Origin: Halobacteriota archaeon
GTDB taxonomy: Archaea > Halobacteriota > Bog-38 > Methanoflorentales > Methanoflorentaceae
Length of the DNA: 59,500 nucleotides
Assembly (NCBI GenBank): GCA_050011655.1
Contig: JBEKIR010000003.1
Location: 1-59,500, forward strand
Direction of reading: 5' to 3'
Made by a program: the position numbers and the translations under genes. Below are positions 1 through 9,203 of this stretch, piece by piece; the stretch's first letter is position 1, and each line of letters starts with the position of its first letter. The notes below the pieces were generated by a model that did not search any database, was not told the DNA's origin, and saw only the letters and a list, made by a program, of their open reading frames with translations.

Positions 1-137
1 CCAAAGTACCCTGCGTTACCTAAGTTCAGAAGGACGGTCGTTATCCCGAAGGCGGTCAGCCCGAGCGCCGCCGGGTTTGCGGTCACGTCCAGGTTCTTCA
101 CATGGGTGACGTCGATCTCTCCTGATTCGTTTGTCAT
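1..137 (-). CDS. satP: Acetate uptake transporter, SatP/GPR1/FUN34/YaaH family (5' part; runs off the window)
   Basis: Hand translation from ATG at 137: [45 protein letters not shown]; matches the NPAPLGL...TT.LLN..NAG family signature. Not in the ORF track. Confidence 0.85.
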   Translation of the reverse strand, partial: MTNESGEIDVTHVKNLDVTANPAALGLTAFGITTVLLNLGNAGYF

Positions 138-141
138 ACGT

Positions 142-483
142 TTACTCTCCTGAATTTTTTTTCATCACGTACCTGTTTAATCTGCAAGGGCCCGCATTGG
201 TCGAGGGGCCCTCCAGAAAATGCATCAAAGGGGCGAAAAACACTAGAAACAAGATAGATGGCAATAAGCTGACGGTTGCATCGATAGACCAAAGGTTTCG
301 CAGTGGCCGTCCAAAAAAGCTCCACGAGCGTATGCTGCCCCGACATATGTTCATCGCCAGTCCGAGCGCACCGAAGATCCAGCGGCCTTTTTCTGGGTTT
401 ATTCCAAAAAGTGTGAACGTGGCGCTTTCTGACGCTTGACTGTGGCTGATCATCTGAATCTTTCTATCACTATTAATAATCAT
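142..483 (-). pseudogene. Truncated, frameshifted N-terminal remnant of an OFA-family (oxalate/formate antiporter-like) MFS transporter
   Basis: LFGINPEKGRWIF.ALGLAMNIC.GSI.SWS.F..PL..LW resembles TM1 of archaeal OFA permeases; the GxxxD..GP loop motif (SGGPLDQCGP) continues in another frame; about 300 aa are missing. Confidence 0.65.
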
Positions 484-716
484 TATAAAAAGTTTCGCAT
501 TTGAAAAAAAGGCGATGCCGTTGATTGATCGACGCGAATAAGCGGAGCATTACCGTCTCTTGCTCCGTCTTCTGACGCTAGCCTGGGGAGCGTAACAGAA
601 AGGTTCCACACTAAAATCCGAGAGATCGCAGCCAAATGACGATAGGAATTTTGTGCCCCGGAGTCCGACGTGGAACGCACTTTTGCGGCATGCTATGAAA
701 AGATTATAAATGATCT

Positions 717-1394
717 TCAGAAATGACCGAGCGTACTCTGGAATGGTTGTCCTTCCAGCTCTGAATCGTCGTAATCGAAGTAATTTAGTATTCTTCCGAC
801 GGCCGGAAGAATTTGATGCTTAACATAATATTCGACGTCTATCTCTCGCTGTTGTTTATCCGTGTCAACCACTTTGTCGCCTTCCTGGGTAAAAATCTCA
901 GCCGGATAAGATCTGTCTCCTATCGATCCAGACCCTTTCATAACGAGATACGCAATTTTCGCGCCAACGTCGGCGGAAAGGCCGTATTCTTTTGCTCGCT
1001 TTGCTGCCCTTACGTGAGCTTGGACGGATTCATAGCTAGCTATCTTTTTTGTAAGCGTTTTGTAAATTATGAGCTTTGCTAACGGAATCTCACCGGCTCT
1101 AAGTCTCTTGATAGTACTCGTTACCAGTTCTGCAGCGGCTCCAGGCTCTCGCCTCTCAAGAATGATTTTGATAACATCGGATTGTAGCTCCTTTGCGAGT
1201 GCACACCAATCGCCTCTCCGAACTTCAAGACCTCGGACAACAATAGTCCCATCTTCGGTAATCCCAGCGTAGCGCTTCTTCTTCTCGGTAAAGAAGATAG
1301 CTTTGTAGTGCTCATGCACATCAAGCCGAATTGGATAAATTGTCGAAAGCTCCTCGATAAGTGTGCGGACTCTATCTATCAGCTCTGATGCCAT
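717..1394 (-). CDS. polB: Family B DNA polymerase, C-terminal part (distal palm and thumb) of a split PolB
   Basis: KKRYAG, RGLEVRRGDW, Y...Q.HV, D.EYY...QILP motifs; own ATG with GGGAG upstream. Confidence 0.93.
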   Translation of the reverse strand: MASELIDRVRTLIEELSTIYPIRLDVHEHYKAIFFTEKKKRYAGITEDGTIVVRGLEVRRGDWCALAKELQSDVIKIILERREPGAAAELVTSTIKRLRAGEIPLAKLIIYKTLTKKIASYESVQAHVRAAKRAKEYGLSADVGAKIAYLVMKGSGSIGDRSYPAEIFTQEGDKVVDTDKQQREIDVEYYVKHQILPAVGRILNYFDYDDSELEGQPFQSTLGHF

Positions 1395-1439
1395 TAGGCC
1401 GCTCCCTGTCGCTCATATCAGCCGTGAAAAGTTTTGTAG

Positions 1440-1449
1440 TAATATTAAA
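1440..1449 (-). promoter_or_regulatory. Putative TATA box for the C-terminal polB gene
   Basis: TTTAATATTA on the minus strand about 46 nt upstream of the ATG, inside the 112-bp gap. Confidence 0.4.
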
Positions 1450-1506
1450 CGGCACAAGTCACTCCTCGACTGCGCGTTAGCGCCTTAGTTGGCCGCTAGC
1501 TGCAAA

Positions 1507-3234
1507 TCAAGCCTCTTTGAGCTTTACGAATAGACTGTCAGTGTCTCCGTAGATCACCTCGAGACCGTGCTTCTCAGCACGCTCAGCCGCGTCCTGTATG
1601 ATAGTGCGTCCCCACGCTGTCGTTGCTTCAGCACACTCTTTGCGGTACCACTTCGCCGCGTGCCATCCAGTATAGCCGTAGAACGCGTTTGTCAGGATCT
1701 TGATTGCGTTCTGGTGAACATCAAGGGCAGTAAAATCGCGTGAACCCTTGTCGGTGTGAGTCATTTGCTCTCTAACCGCTCTTCTTCGTTCAATTAAATT
1801 CGTAAGGATGATTTTGAAGAATCCATCGGGGTGCTTCCTAAATCGATATTGCGTCTCTGGGGCCTCGTAGAATTCCGTAGACGTCTCATCTGGCGACATA
1901 ACGGTGTCCGGCGAAATGTTGTAGCTAATCATTATCGAAGGGTACATAGACGAAAAATCGAGGCTAAGGACGTCTTCGTGCACGCCGGGTTTTGGAAAGA
2001 GGACGAAGCCTCCGGCGTAGCTGCCCGAGCCCCCTCCTTTTGCCGGCACAATTTCATTTATCTTGTACGCCTCAGCAACCAAAAGTGACTCGACTTGCCG
2101 TCCCCTCCCCATTCCTGATACGTCGTCGAGCGGCTGTCTTACGATCCGCGCAAATTCAAACTGAAGAGGGAGCAGCCGCTCTGCGACCCCCCACGTGCTC
2201 ACCACATCGGCTTTGGAATAATCAAAAAGAACCCGCCTAAGCTCAGGATCGTTCCAATACCGCGCCATGTCCCAACCCTGCACTTGCACGCGCTCCGATT
2301 TGCGCATGACCCCCATGTAGTCGGCAACATTGTCCAACGTTTTGACGTTGAGCTCGCTGATGTCCCGTTTTACGACCTTGTACAAGTCGACGTTGCTGCG
2401 TCCGAAGATCCTGACCTCTTTCACGCCACCCCCGGCGCTGAACTTGGCCGGACTCTCGTCCCTTCCGATTGTTAAGTGTAGCTTGAATTTTTCTGCTCTC
2501 GTTTTCAAGTATTGCCAATCAAACTCGTCAGTGTTGTAGCCGACGATAACGTCGGGGTCATATTCGTGAATAAAGGCGATGAAATCGGCGATGACCCGCT
2601 TATCATCTTTGTCTTCGCCAACCGAGAGGAAGGTTGTCTCATCAGCTCCGGTCGCTATGGAAATGATGATGATAGGGTCTTTGTTCGGAATTGGAACGCC
2701 GCCGTGGCTTAGCATCTCGCAGTCGAAGGCCATTACTTTGAGATCGGGATTCGTGTGATGCTGTTCTGCTTCTATGTGGTCGACATCTATGGCGAAGGAG
2801 AAATGCGGATCCGCGCGTTCACGCCCTTCCAACAGAACCTGATCCATGGGCACGAGTTCGCGATCGATTATGTAGCGGACGGCGAACAGGATGTCTGCTT
2901 CCCTGACACTCACGCCAAGCTCGGCTACCTTTTCGCGCAATATCGGCACGTGTTGCGGGTGATCGACGTACACTTTGAGCACAGTGACGGGCTCTCCAAA
3001 ATCCCGTCGTACGACTCGTTCGACGCGATTTGGCTTGACTTCTTCACCAGACCGCATCGATGCTACGGACATTATGGCATCCGCGTCGTCCGTTACCGCA
3101 TAAAAATAGGGTTCAAAATTAGTATCGTAGGCGATGATATTACGACCAAGATCGTCTTTAAGCCACAGGCGAATGACTGCGCGACCGTCCAACGTGATGT
3201 AGTCGACATCAAGCAAAAAGCATCGCAGCTGCAT
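1507..3234 (-). CDS. polB: Family B DNA polymerase, N-terminal part (N-domain, 3'-5' exonuclease, palm and fingers) of a split PolB
   Basis: FEPYFY and READI N-domain; ExoI FDCE, ExoII YNTDEFD, ExoIII YSKAD; LDFSSMYPS, KILTNAFYGY, YGDTDS, then a stop 8 codons later. Confidence 0.95.
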   Translation of the reverse strand: MQLRCFLLDVDYITLDGRAVIRLWLKDDLGRNIIAYDTNFEPYFYAVTDDADAIMSVASMRSGEEVKPNRVERVVRRDFGEPVTVLKVYVDHPQHVPILREKVAELGVSVREADILFAVRYIIDRELVPMDQVLLEGRERADPHFSFAIDVDHIEAEQHHTNPDLKVMAFDCEMLSHGGVPIPNKDPIIIISIATGADETTFLSVGEDKDDKRVIADFIAFIHEYDPDVIVGYNTDEFDWQYLKTRAEKFKLHLTIGRDESPAKFSAGGGVKEVRIFGRSNVDLYKVVKRDISELNVKTLDNVADYMGVMRKSERVQVQGWDMARYWNDPELRRVLFDYSKADVVSTWGVAERLLPLQFEFARIVRQPLDDVSGMGRGRQVESLLVAEAYKINEIVPAKGGGSGSYAGGFVLFPKPGVHEDVLSLDFSSMYPSIMISYNISPDTVMSPDETSTEFYEAPETQYRFRKHPDGFFKIILTNLIERRRAVREQMTHTDKGSRDFTALDVHQNAIKILTNAFYGYTGWHAAKWYRKECAEATTAWGRTIIQDAAERAEKHGLEVIYGDTDSLFVKLKEA

Positions 3235-3294
3235 TAATAAACGAAAGTTTCGATGCTACATAAACGTGCCGAGGAAGGTGGCGAATATTACGCT

Positions 3295-3744
3295 TTAAAA
3301 GAAAAAATCCATTTCTTTGATATCGAGATCGTCTTTGCTTATTGCTCCATCGTCCAGAATGGAGCGCCTTATCAGCACCGAGGTCTCTGCTCGAATCGCG
3401 AGCGCAATACAGTCGCTGGGACGGGCATCCAGTTGTTTTTCAGTCCCATTAACCTTTATAGAGAGTTGGGCATAGTAGATTCCTTCGTCGACGTCGTCGA
3501 TGACCACGGTGACGATGCTCGCGTCGAAGTTCTCGAGTATCGACATTATTAAATCGTGTGTCATTGGGCGTGACGGCACCTCTCCGTGCAGGGCTGCATT
3601 GATTGAGATTGCTTCTGAGATGCCGATATAGATCGGAAGGAAGCGGTGTCCGTCGTCGGTCAACAATACTACTGGCGTATGCCCAGTGGTCGTGCTGACC
3701 ATGTATATCCCTTTGACCTCCACAGGGGTTACGTCATCTGGCAT
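3295..3744 (-). CDS. Bifunctional nuclease domain protein (DUF151)
   Basis: LPIYIG..EA, RPMTHDL and DARPSDCIALA signatures. Confidence 0.92.
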   Translation of the reverse strand: MPDDVTPVEVKGIYMVSTTTGHTPVVLLTDDGHRFLPIYIGISEAISINAALHGEVPSRPMTHDLIMSILENFDASIVTVVIDDVDEGIYYAQLSIKVNGTEKQLDARPSDCIALAIRAETSVLIRRSILDDGAISKDDLDIKEMDFFF

Positions 3745-4043
3745 TATTTACACCAATACTGTAGCTGTATATTAAACTGACTGCCGCTTAATACGCGCGT
3801 TTACGTCTGAAACAACGCGAAAGCAGCCCTAGGAAGGTCGCTTTGATTCGGACAGGCTGCGCTGAATCGGCCAGCGCGATTCAAAGTCCTTCAATGCGCG
3901 CGCTGGTAAATTTGAACGCGCAATTATCCCGACGTTCGCGAAGGCCCTGCAAGTCCGGGAAGGACCTAATATATACATTAGGACACATATCACTGAAGTG
4001 GATCTTACACGAGATATCGACGGCTTCGCTCACGCCTACGGTT

Positions 4044-4664
4044 ATGAAACGAATTATTATAATTGATTACGGTCTCGGCAATTTAAGAAGCGTAACGCGC
4101 GGCCTCGAACGGGCAGGGGCGCAGACGGAAGTCACTTCGGAAGTCAGTCAGCTCGCAAGGGCAGACGGCTTGGTGCTTCCAGGAGTGGGGGCATTCAAGA
4201 GCGGCATGCGCAACATCAAAGATAAAAAAAGGGCGCTACTGCGTGCCGTGGACGAAGGTACGCCCGTGCTAGGAATCTGCTTAGGGATGCAGATGTTGCT
4301 GACCGCGAGCGATGAAGGTCAGCGTGAAAGCGGGCCGGTCGAGGGCTTAAATCTCCTCACAGGTCACGTCAAGCGGTTCAACTTCGGGGCCAATTCAGAG
4401 AGGCTCAAAATACCCCACATGGGCTGGAACCGCTTGGACGTGGTGAAAGAGAACGCTTTGGTCCACGGTGCCAACGGCGCATACGCGTATTTCGTTCACT
4501 CGTATTATGTTGAGCCCGGAGAACATACGGTAGCAACCTCGAACTATGGGACCGAATTTGCGGCTGTCGTTGCGAGCGGAAACGTTTTTGGAACGCAATT
4601 TCATCCAGAAAAGTCTTCTTCAGCTGGCTTGCAGATGTTGAAGAACTTTGTGGAGATATGCTGA
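4044..4664 (+). CDS. hisH: Imidazole glycerol phosphate synthase, glutaminase subunit
   Basis: IIDYGLGN, LPGVGAF, GICLGMQ, PHMGWN, QFHPEKS; start moved to ATG 4044 (MKRIIIIDY). Confidence 0.96.
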   Translation: MKRIIIIDYGLGNLRSVTRGLERAGAQTEVTSEVSQLARADGLVLPGVGAFKSGMRNIKDKKRALLRAVDEGTPVLGICLGMQMLLTASDEGQRESGPVEGLNLLTGHVKRFNFGANSERLKIPHMGWNRLDVVKENALVHGANGAYAYFVHSYYVEPGEHTVATSNYGTEFAAVVASGNVFGTQFHPEKSSSAGLQMLKNFVEIC

Positions 4665-5998
4665 TGGATCTTGAAGGCTACGCTAAAGGAGCCCTAAGGC
4701 GAGGCTTAGCCAAAGAAGAAATAGAGCGCACGCTTGCCGAGCGAATTCTAGAGGTCCGCGACATTCCTCTTGATTCCGCAGTGCGCATATCTCAAGCGGT
4801 TGTCGAGGAAGCGGAGCGCACTCTCTGCAAAAGGGAACGATCTGGGGTCACGATGGGTAATTTCGGAGTCGGCTCACGGGGGTCCGGCGATTTCTATTTG
4901 CACGAAAAAATAGCTGGGATCATCGGAAAAACGAGCGCGATCGTCGGCTCTGATCAGCTTGATGATTCCGGAGTGGTCAGAGCAAAAGGTGACCTGATAG
5001 TGGTGACAGTAGACGGCATGCATTCGCGCTTGAGCGACTTCCCGTTTCTCGCGGGATTCCACGTTACACGCGCATCCTTGAGGGATATCTATGTCATGGG
5101 CGCACAGCCGGTCGCCTTGTTTTCCGACATTCACCTCGCTGACGACGGGGATGTATCGAAGGTGTTCGACTATACAGCCGGCATCGGGGCAGTAGCGGAC
5201 GTCATGAATGTTCCGTTAGTCACGGGAAGCACGTTGCGGGTTGGCGGTGACGTTGTGATCGGCGACCGACTGACGGGCTGCGTTGGTGCCGTCGGCGTAG
5301 CGAGCAATCAAGACTTGACGGCGCGGATCAGTGCTCGCGAAGACGACGTTATTCTCTTGACCGAAGGCGCTGGCGGCGGAACTATAACAGCTACAGCGCT
5401 GTATAATGGGCGTTCAGACGTGGTAAAGGAAACGTTGAACCTGAAGTTTCTTCACGCGTGCGATAGGTTGCTCCAAGATGGTCTCGTGACCAAGATACAT
5501 GCGATGACTGATGTTACGAACGGCGGTATACGAGGAGACGCAGAGGAAATATCAAAAACGGCGCAGGTGAAACTCGTTTTGGAAGAGGAGAAGATAAGGC
5601 GGCTCATCGATCCCACCGTGTTGACCATGCTCGACGATTTGCAGATCGATTATATGGGCGTCTCTATTGATTCATTGCTCATCGTTGCCCCGGCTCAGCT
5701 GGAAGCGGAAATAAAAACCGCCCTAAACGGCGTTATAAAGGTCGATGAAGTTGGCCACGTTGAGTCAGGTAGCGGCGCGGAAGCGCTCCGTGATGGTGAG
5801 CGGTTCACGATCACGCCGAAGTTTCGCGAATCAGCCTATACGCCCGTAAAGAAAGTGGTCGGTGAACACGCAGATGATCGAGAAATACAACAAATGCGTG
5901 CCCGGGTCGATTTGGCTGCCGCGCGCGCACTAAGCATGAAGAAACAAATGATCGCCTATCTCCAAACGGGAGATAACCTCCCCGACGTGAGCTGCTAG
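4664..5998 (+). CDS. AIR synthase-related (PurM/HypE-like) archaeal protein
   Basis: GVGSRG.GDF, DDSG, DGMHSRL, MTDVTNGG motifs; ATG overlaps the hisH stop (TGATG). Confidence 0.85.
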   Translation: MDLEGYAKGALRRGLAKEEIERTLAERILEVRDIPLDSAVRISQAVVEEAERTLCKRERSGVTMGNFGVGSRGSGDFYLHEKIAGIIGKTSAIVGSDQLDDSGVVRAKGDLIVVTVDGMHSRLSDFPFLAGFHVTRASLRDIYVMGAQPVALFSDIHLADDGDVSKVFDYTAGIGAVADVMNVPLVTGSTLRVGGDVVIGDRLTGCVGAVGVASNQDLTARISAREDDVILLTEGAGGGTITATALYNGRSDVVKETLNLKFLHACDRLLQDGLVTKIHAMTDVTNGGIRGDAEEISKTAQVKLVLEEEKIRRLIDPTVLTMLDDLQIDYMGVSIDSLLIVAPAQLEAEIKTALNGVIKVDEVGHVESGSGAEALRDGERFTITPKFRESAYTPVKKVVGEHADDREIQQMRARVDLAAARALSMKKQMIAYLQTGDNLPDVSC

Positions 5999-6028
5999 GC
6001 AAAGACCGAGCCGTCGGATGAGGCATCA

Positions 6029-6367
6029 TCACGGCAAGGGTAGCACGTCCTGATACCACGCGTTAACAAAATCAACTAGGCCTTTCTGTTTCGCGATTTC
6101 GACAGCGATCATGTGGCTGCATTTCGTGATATTTCGTGAAGCGTTGAACAAGAAATCTTTGCAGGTGCACACAGCGTCTTCGACAATGTACTCATCGGCC
6201 TCTCCCACAACAACATAAAAGTCTTTATAGTGTTTGACGCGCCCGTCTTCCGCTATTTCAAGTCCCTTTTTTCCTCGATTTCCGTATTCGCGCTCGATTT
6301 GTTGCTTAAAGGCATCGGCAAACAAAGGTTCTTCTCCTATCTTGCTCATATGTGTCCGCGTTGGCAA
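6029..6367 (-). CDS. SWIM zinc finger protein
   Basis: CTC.DF...C.H motif; start may be the second Met. Confidence 0.8.
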   Translation of the reverse strand: MPTRTHMSKIGEEPLFADAFKQQIEREYGNRGKKGLEIAEDGRVKHYKDFYVVVGEADEYIVEDAVCTCKDFLFNASRNITKCSHMIAVEIAKQKGLVDFVNAWYQDVLPLP

Positions 6368-6374
6368 TGTCTGG

Positions 6375-7106
6375 TCATTGGTGCTGGTAGATGAGGCCCA
6401 AAAGCTTCGGCCTATCGTCGATGAACTCGCCGCCTAACCGTTGCGCTAGGATTTGCATTGCTGGCGCTTCAGTCGCATAGTGCGTGGCGTCAATCAAAGA
6501 AAGACGCCCTTCTGCGCAGCGAATAGCGTCGTGCTTCAGCTCAGCCGAAAGAAGTGCGTCAGCGCCAGCTGCGATTGCCTCCTCAGTTGCTTCAAAGCCG
6601 CTGCCGCCAATCACGGCGACTTTTTCGACGATGCCCTCCCCTGTGAACTGGACGTGTGTACCAAGTTTTTGCGCTACGTGCTTAACAAAATCTAACGTGC
6701 TGACGGGATCGATTGTACCCATTCTTCCGAGGCCAAATGGTTCGATGTCGTGCAATCCTACGAGTTTCGCCAACACATCGTTGACTCCTCCAGGCGCCGC
6801 ATCGTAGTTGGTATGCAAGACGTAAAATGACAAATCGTGCTCTAGGATTAGCGTTAGCTGTTTTTGAATACGCAAAGGAACCTTAGTGATAGGACTCCAA
6901 ATTAGCGTGTGATGCGTGATAAGGATATCGGCCTTGGTATGAACCGCTTTTTGAATCACGTTCGCTGTTGGATCCAAGGCAACAGCTACCGAGTTTGCTT
7001 CGTCTCGTCCGCGAGCTATAAGCCCTATTCGCCCATCATCTATCGGCTCGGCAAGTTCAGGTGGCGCGATGGCTTCGAGTTTTTCGATGAGCGAGTTTAA
7101 GTCCAT
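6375..7106 (-). CDS. Nif3-like dinuclear metal center protein
   Basis: ITHH, HTNYD, GVND.LA, THYATE motifs. Confidence 0.92.
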   Translation of the reverse strand: MDLNSLIEKLEAIAPPELAEPIDDGRIGLIARGRDEANSVAVALDPTANVIQKAVHTKADILITHHTLIWSPITKVPLRIQKQLTLILEHDLSFYVLHTNYDAAPGGVNDVLAKLVGLHDIEPFGLGRMGTIDPVSTLDFVKHVAQKLGTHVQFTGEGIVEKVAVIGGSGFEATEEAIAAGADALLSAELKHDAIRCAEGRLSLIDATHYATEAPAMQILAQRLGGEFIDDRPKLLGLIYQHQ

Positions 7107-7226
7107 AAAGAAAATTAATCAGCCCGCGTTATCTTCACTTCTGCGAGCTTCCAGTCGTCCCTGACGCCGTGAATAGACAAGAGCACCCCGCTGATTATTC
7201 CGGCAAAAACATCTTGGACGAACTGG

Positions 7227-8156
7227 TTAGTAGGTACCCGCTCTCCGTCGACTATAAGCTCCGCCAAGGAAACTTGGTTTGTAATATGGCTCCCTCCTTG
7301 TGACTGCGCTCATAATAAGTTCCAAAGCGCGTTCGTCTGACAACTTGTCGATTTCTCGCACATCCACGAGGTTATCGTTTCTGAGAAGACACGGCTTAAG
7401 CTTTGCGTCTGATGTGACTCGCAGCCTGTTGCAGTTCATACAAAACTCGGTATTATCTATAGGGCGAACAATTTCAATTTCGGCGTTGTTGATCTCGAAC
7501 TTCTTTCTATTGTGCAAGGTGTTTGCGGTCGTTCTATCTGACAGCCCTTCGAGCGTGCTTTCTATGAGCCTTAGATTAGACGCTCGTAACTCCGGGCGAT
7601 GCTTGAAGTCCATTAGTTCGATCAGTTGTAAAACCATCTCTTTTCCTTGCACGTACCTTATCATATCCCCGATCTCATGGTCATTTATCCCGTCCATCAC
7701 GACCATATTTATCTTGACAGGCGTTAGATCTGCTTCAAGGGCTGCGTCGATTCCTCTCAAAACGTTTTCGATCTTCCCCCCGGTCAGTTTCTTGTAGGTG
7801 GCTGCGTTTAGCGTATCCAAGCTTACGTTTACCCGATCAAGTCCTTGTATATCGCCGATCCGCTCACTGAGGAGTTGACCGTTGGTCGTCATTGAAATGT
7901 CTTCGAATGGAGGCAATGCCTCGATGACTTCGCGAATATCTTTGCGCAGCAGTGGCTCTCCGCCTGAAAACTTGACTTTGGTGACTCCTTCATTATAGCA
8001 GAGTCGAGCGATTTTGGCTATCTCAGGCACAGAGATCTCATACGGGTGGGCACTGTATAGCTCTCCTTCTTCGTGACAATATATGCAGTTGAGATTGCAT
8101 TTGCGAGTCACCGAAATGCGCAGACTCTTGATGGGGCGACGGTACGGGTCAAACAT
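7227..8156 (-). CDS. moaA: GTP 3',8-cyclase (Moco biosynthesis radical SAM)
   Basis: LRISVT..CNLNCIYC, GGEPL, C-terminal FC..CNRLR...KPCL. Confidence 0.95.
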   Translation of the reverse strand: MFDPYRRPIKSLRISVTRKCNLNCIYCHEEGELYSAHPYEISVPEIAKIARLCYNEGVTKVKFSGGEPLLRKDIREVIEALPPFEDISMTTNGQLLSERIGDIQGLDRVNVSLDTLNAATYKKLTGGKIENVLRGIDAALEADLTPVKINMVVMDGINDHEIGDMIRYVQGKEMVLQLIELMDFKHRPELRASNLRLIESTLEGLSDRTTANTLHNRKKFEINNAEIEIVRPIDNTEFCMNCNRLRVTSDAKLKPCLLRNDNLVDVREIDKLSDERALELIMSAVTRREPYYKPSFLGGAYSRRRAGTY

Positions 8157-8186
8157 GCTCTTAGTTTATATGTATCGATGTGATTG

Positions 8187-8194
8187 TATATAAA
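8187..8194 (-). promoter_or_regulatory. TATA box of moaA (near-leaderless)
   Basis: TTTATATA about 30 nt upstream of the ATG. Confidence 0.55.
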
Positions 8195-8550
8195 CATCGA
8201 CCTGCGTTTTCACGCCGGTGCATCGTTCTTTTTTACGCAGCGCCCTCTCAAAGCGTCCTTTTGCACGTGCATGTGTTGATGCGCAGAGCTTTCGCTCAGA
8301 CACTTGAGTAATGCCATCGATGCACGACAGTCGGACGTTAGCGAATTGTTTTTTTCGCAGAGGAAAGCGATATATAGCATCTTCACTATACAAATGAGCG
8401 CTCTTAAGAGGACTGGTATAACGTATCACGTGTGTGTTTGGATGATTATCAGTGCATATGAGAGCGAAAGATACCCGTTACGTATAGGTCCTTGTTTGAG
8501 TTTCTGGCGAACGCCCTTTGATGATAGCAAGACAACCCCGTAATGGCAAA

Positions 8551-8644
8551 GGTCGCATCATGCCCTGGCACGAGGGTAACTGAAGGGGACAGCGAAGATT
8601 TCAAGAGAGTGAACCTTCGGAGTTAGTGCGTCAGGGCAAAGACC
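8551..8644. other. Long nested inverted repeat; candidate structured ncRNA or leader
   Basis: GGTC/GACC, GCCCTG/CAGGGC, GCAC/GTGC, TAACT/AGTTA and GAAGG/CCTTC pair in nested order. Confidence 0.35.
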
Positions 8645-8666
8645 AATATTTCTGCTTTTCATCCCG

Positions 8667-9008
8667 TTGATGCAGCTTAAAGGCGCACTTAGGGCCGTAC
8701 CAGAAGGCGTTTCGATTCGCGTTAAGGTTACGCCAGGTTCGCGATACGCAGGCGTTGGGAAGTACGATGGGTGGCGGCGCGCTATACTTATCAAGCTCAC
8801 CGAGCCCGCGCAGAAGGGAAAAGCGAACGAGGAGCTCGTCAGATACCTGGCGGCTTTGTTCAACAAGCCTGCGAAAGAGGTGCACTTGGTTTCCGGTCAC
8901 ACGAGCAGTCAGAAAGTGGTGTTATTGTCCAATACCACCGTCCTTGAAGTTCTGTCGGTGATTAACCAGGCGATAGAAAATAGTGCCGCTAGCACAAAGA
9001 AGTCGTAG
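8667..9008 (+). CDS. DUF167 / UPF0235 (YggU-like) protein
   Basis: V.V.PGS, P..GKAN.EL, G.TS..K motifs. Confidence 0.88.
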   Translation: MMQLKGALRAVPEGVSIRVKVTPGSRYAGVGKYDGWRRAILIKLTEPAQKGKANEELVRYLAALFNKPAKEVHLVSGHTSSQKVVLLSNTTVLEVLSVINQAIENSAASTKKS

Positions 9009-9203
9009 CGCTTGTCGCTACACATCGGTAGTTTTAATTATTAGCGAGTCAAAATATCAACTGAAAAAGGTCACATTAACCCTACATTCATAATTGCGAG
9101 CTGATGCTTGCAAATTCACGAAGTGCGACTGTAGAAACAGCCGACGGCTTGTTATTGGATCCTTTATTCAACAACTTCTGCAGTTTCTAAGGAGTTGACG
9201 GTA

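Noticed and set aside
1385-1525. BHB-type mRNA intron rejoining the polB halves (AGGC/GCCT and AGCTC/GAGCT pairing; one register would be in frame)
   Set aside because: The helices flanking the 3-nt bulges do not form, and the spacer has its own TATA and RBS-like signals. RT-PCR would settle it.
3843-4043. N-terminal extensions in the ORF track (hisH; also 16352, 18291, 37217, 44879, 56595)
   Set aside because: They overlap promoters or neighbouring genes; family homology and RBS support the downstream starts.
8166-8543. Short ORFs 8166-8429 (-) and 8304-8543 (+)
   Set aside because: No recognisable motifs or RBS; they overlap promoter elements.
8551-8644. Moco or c-di-AMP riboswitch assignment
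   Set aside because: moaA has its own TATA 30 nt from the ATG, so the element is outside its leader, and the core riboswitch consensus blocks are missing.
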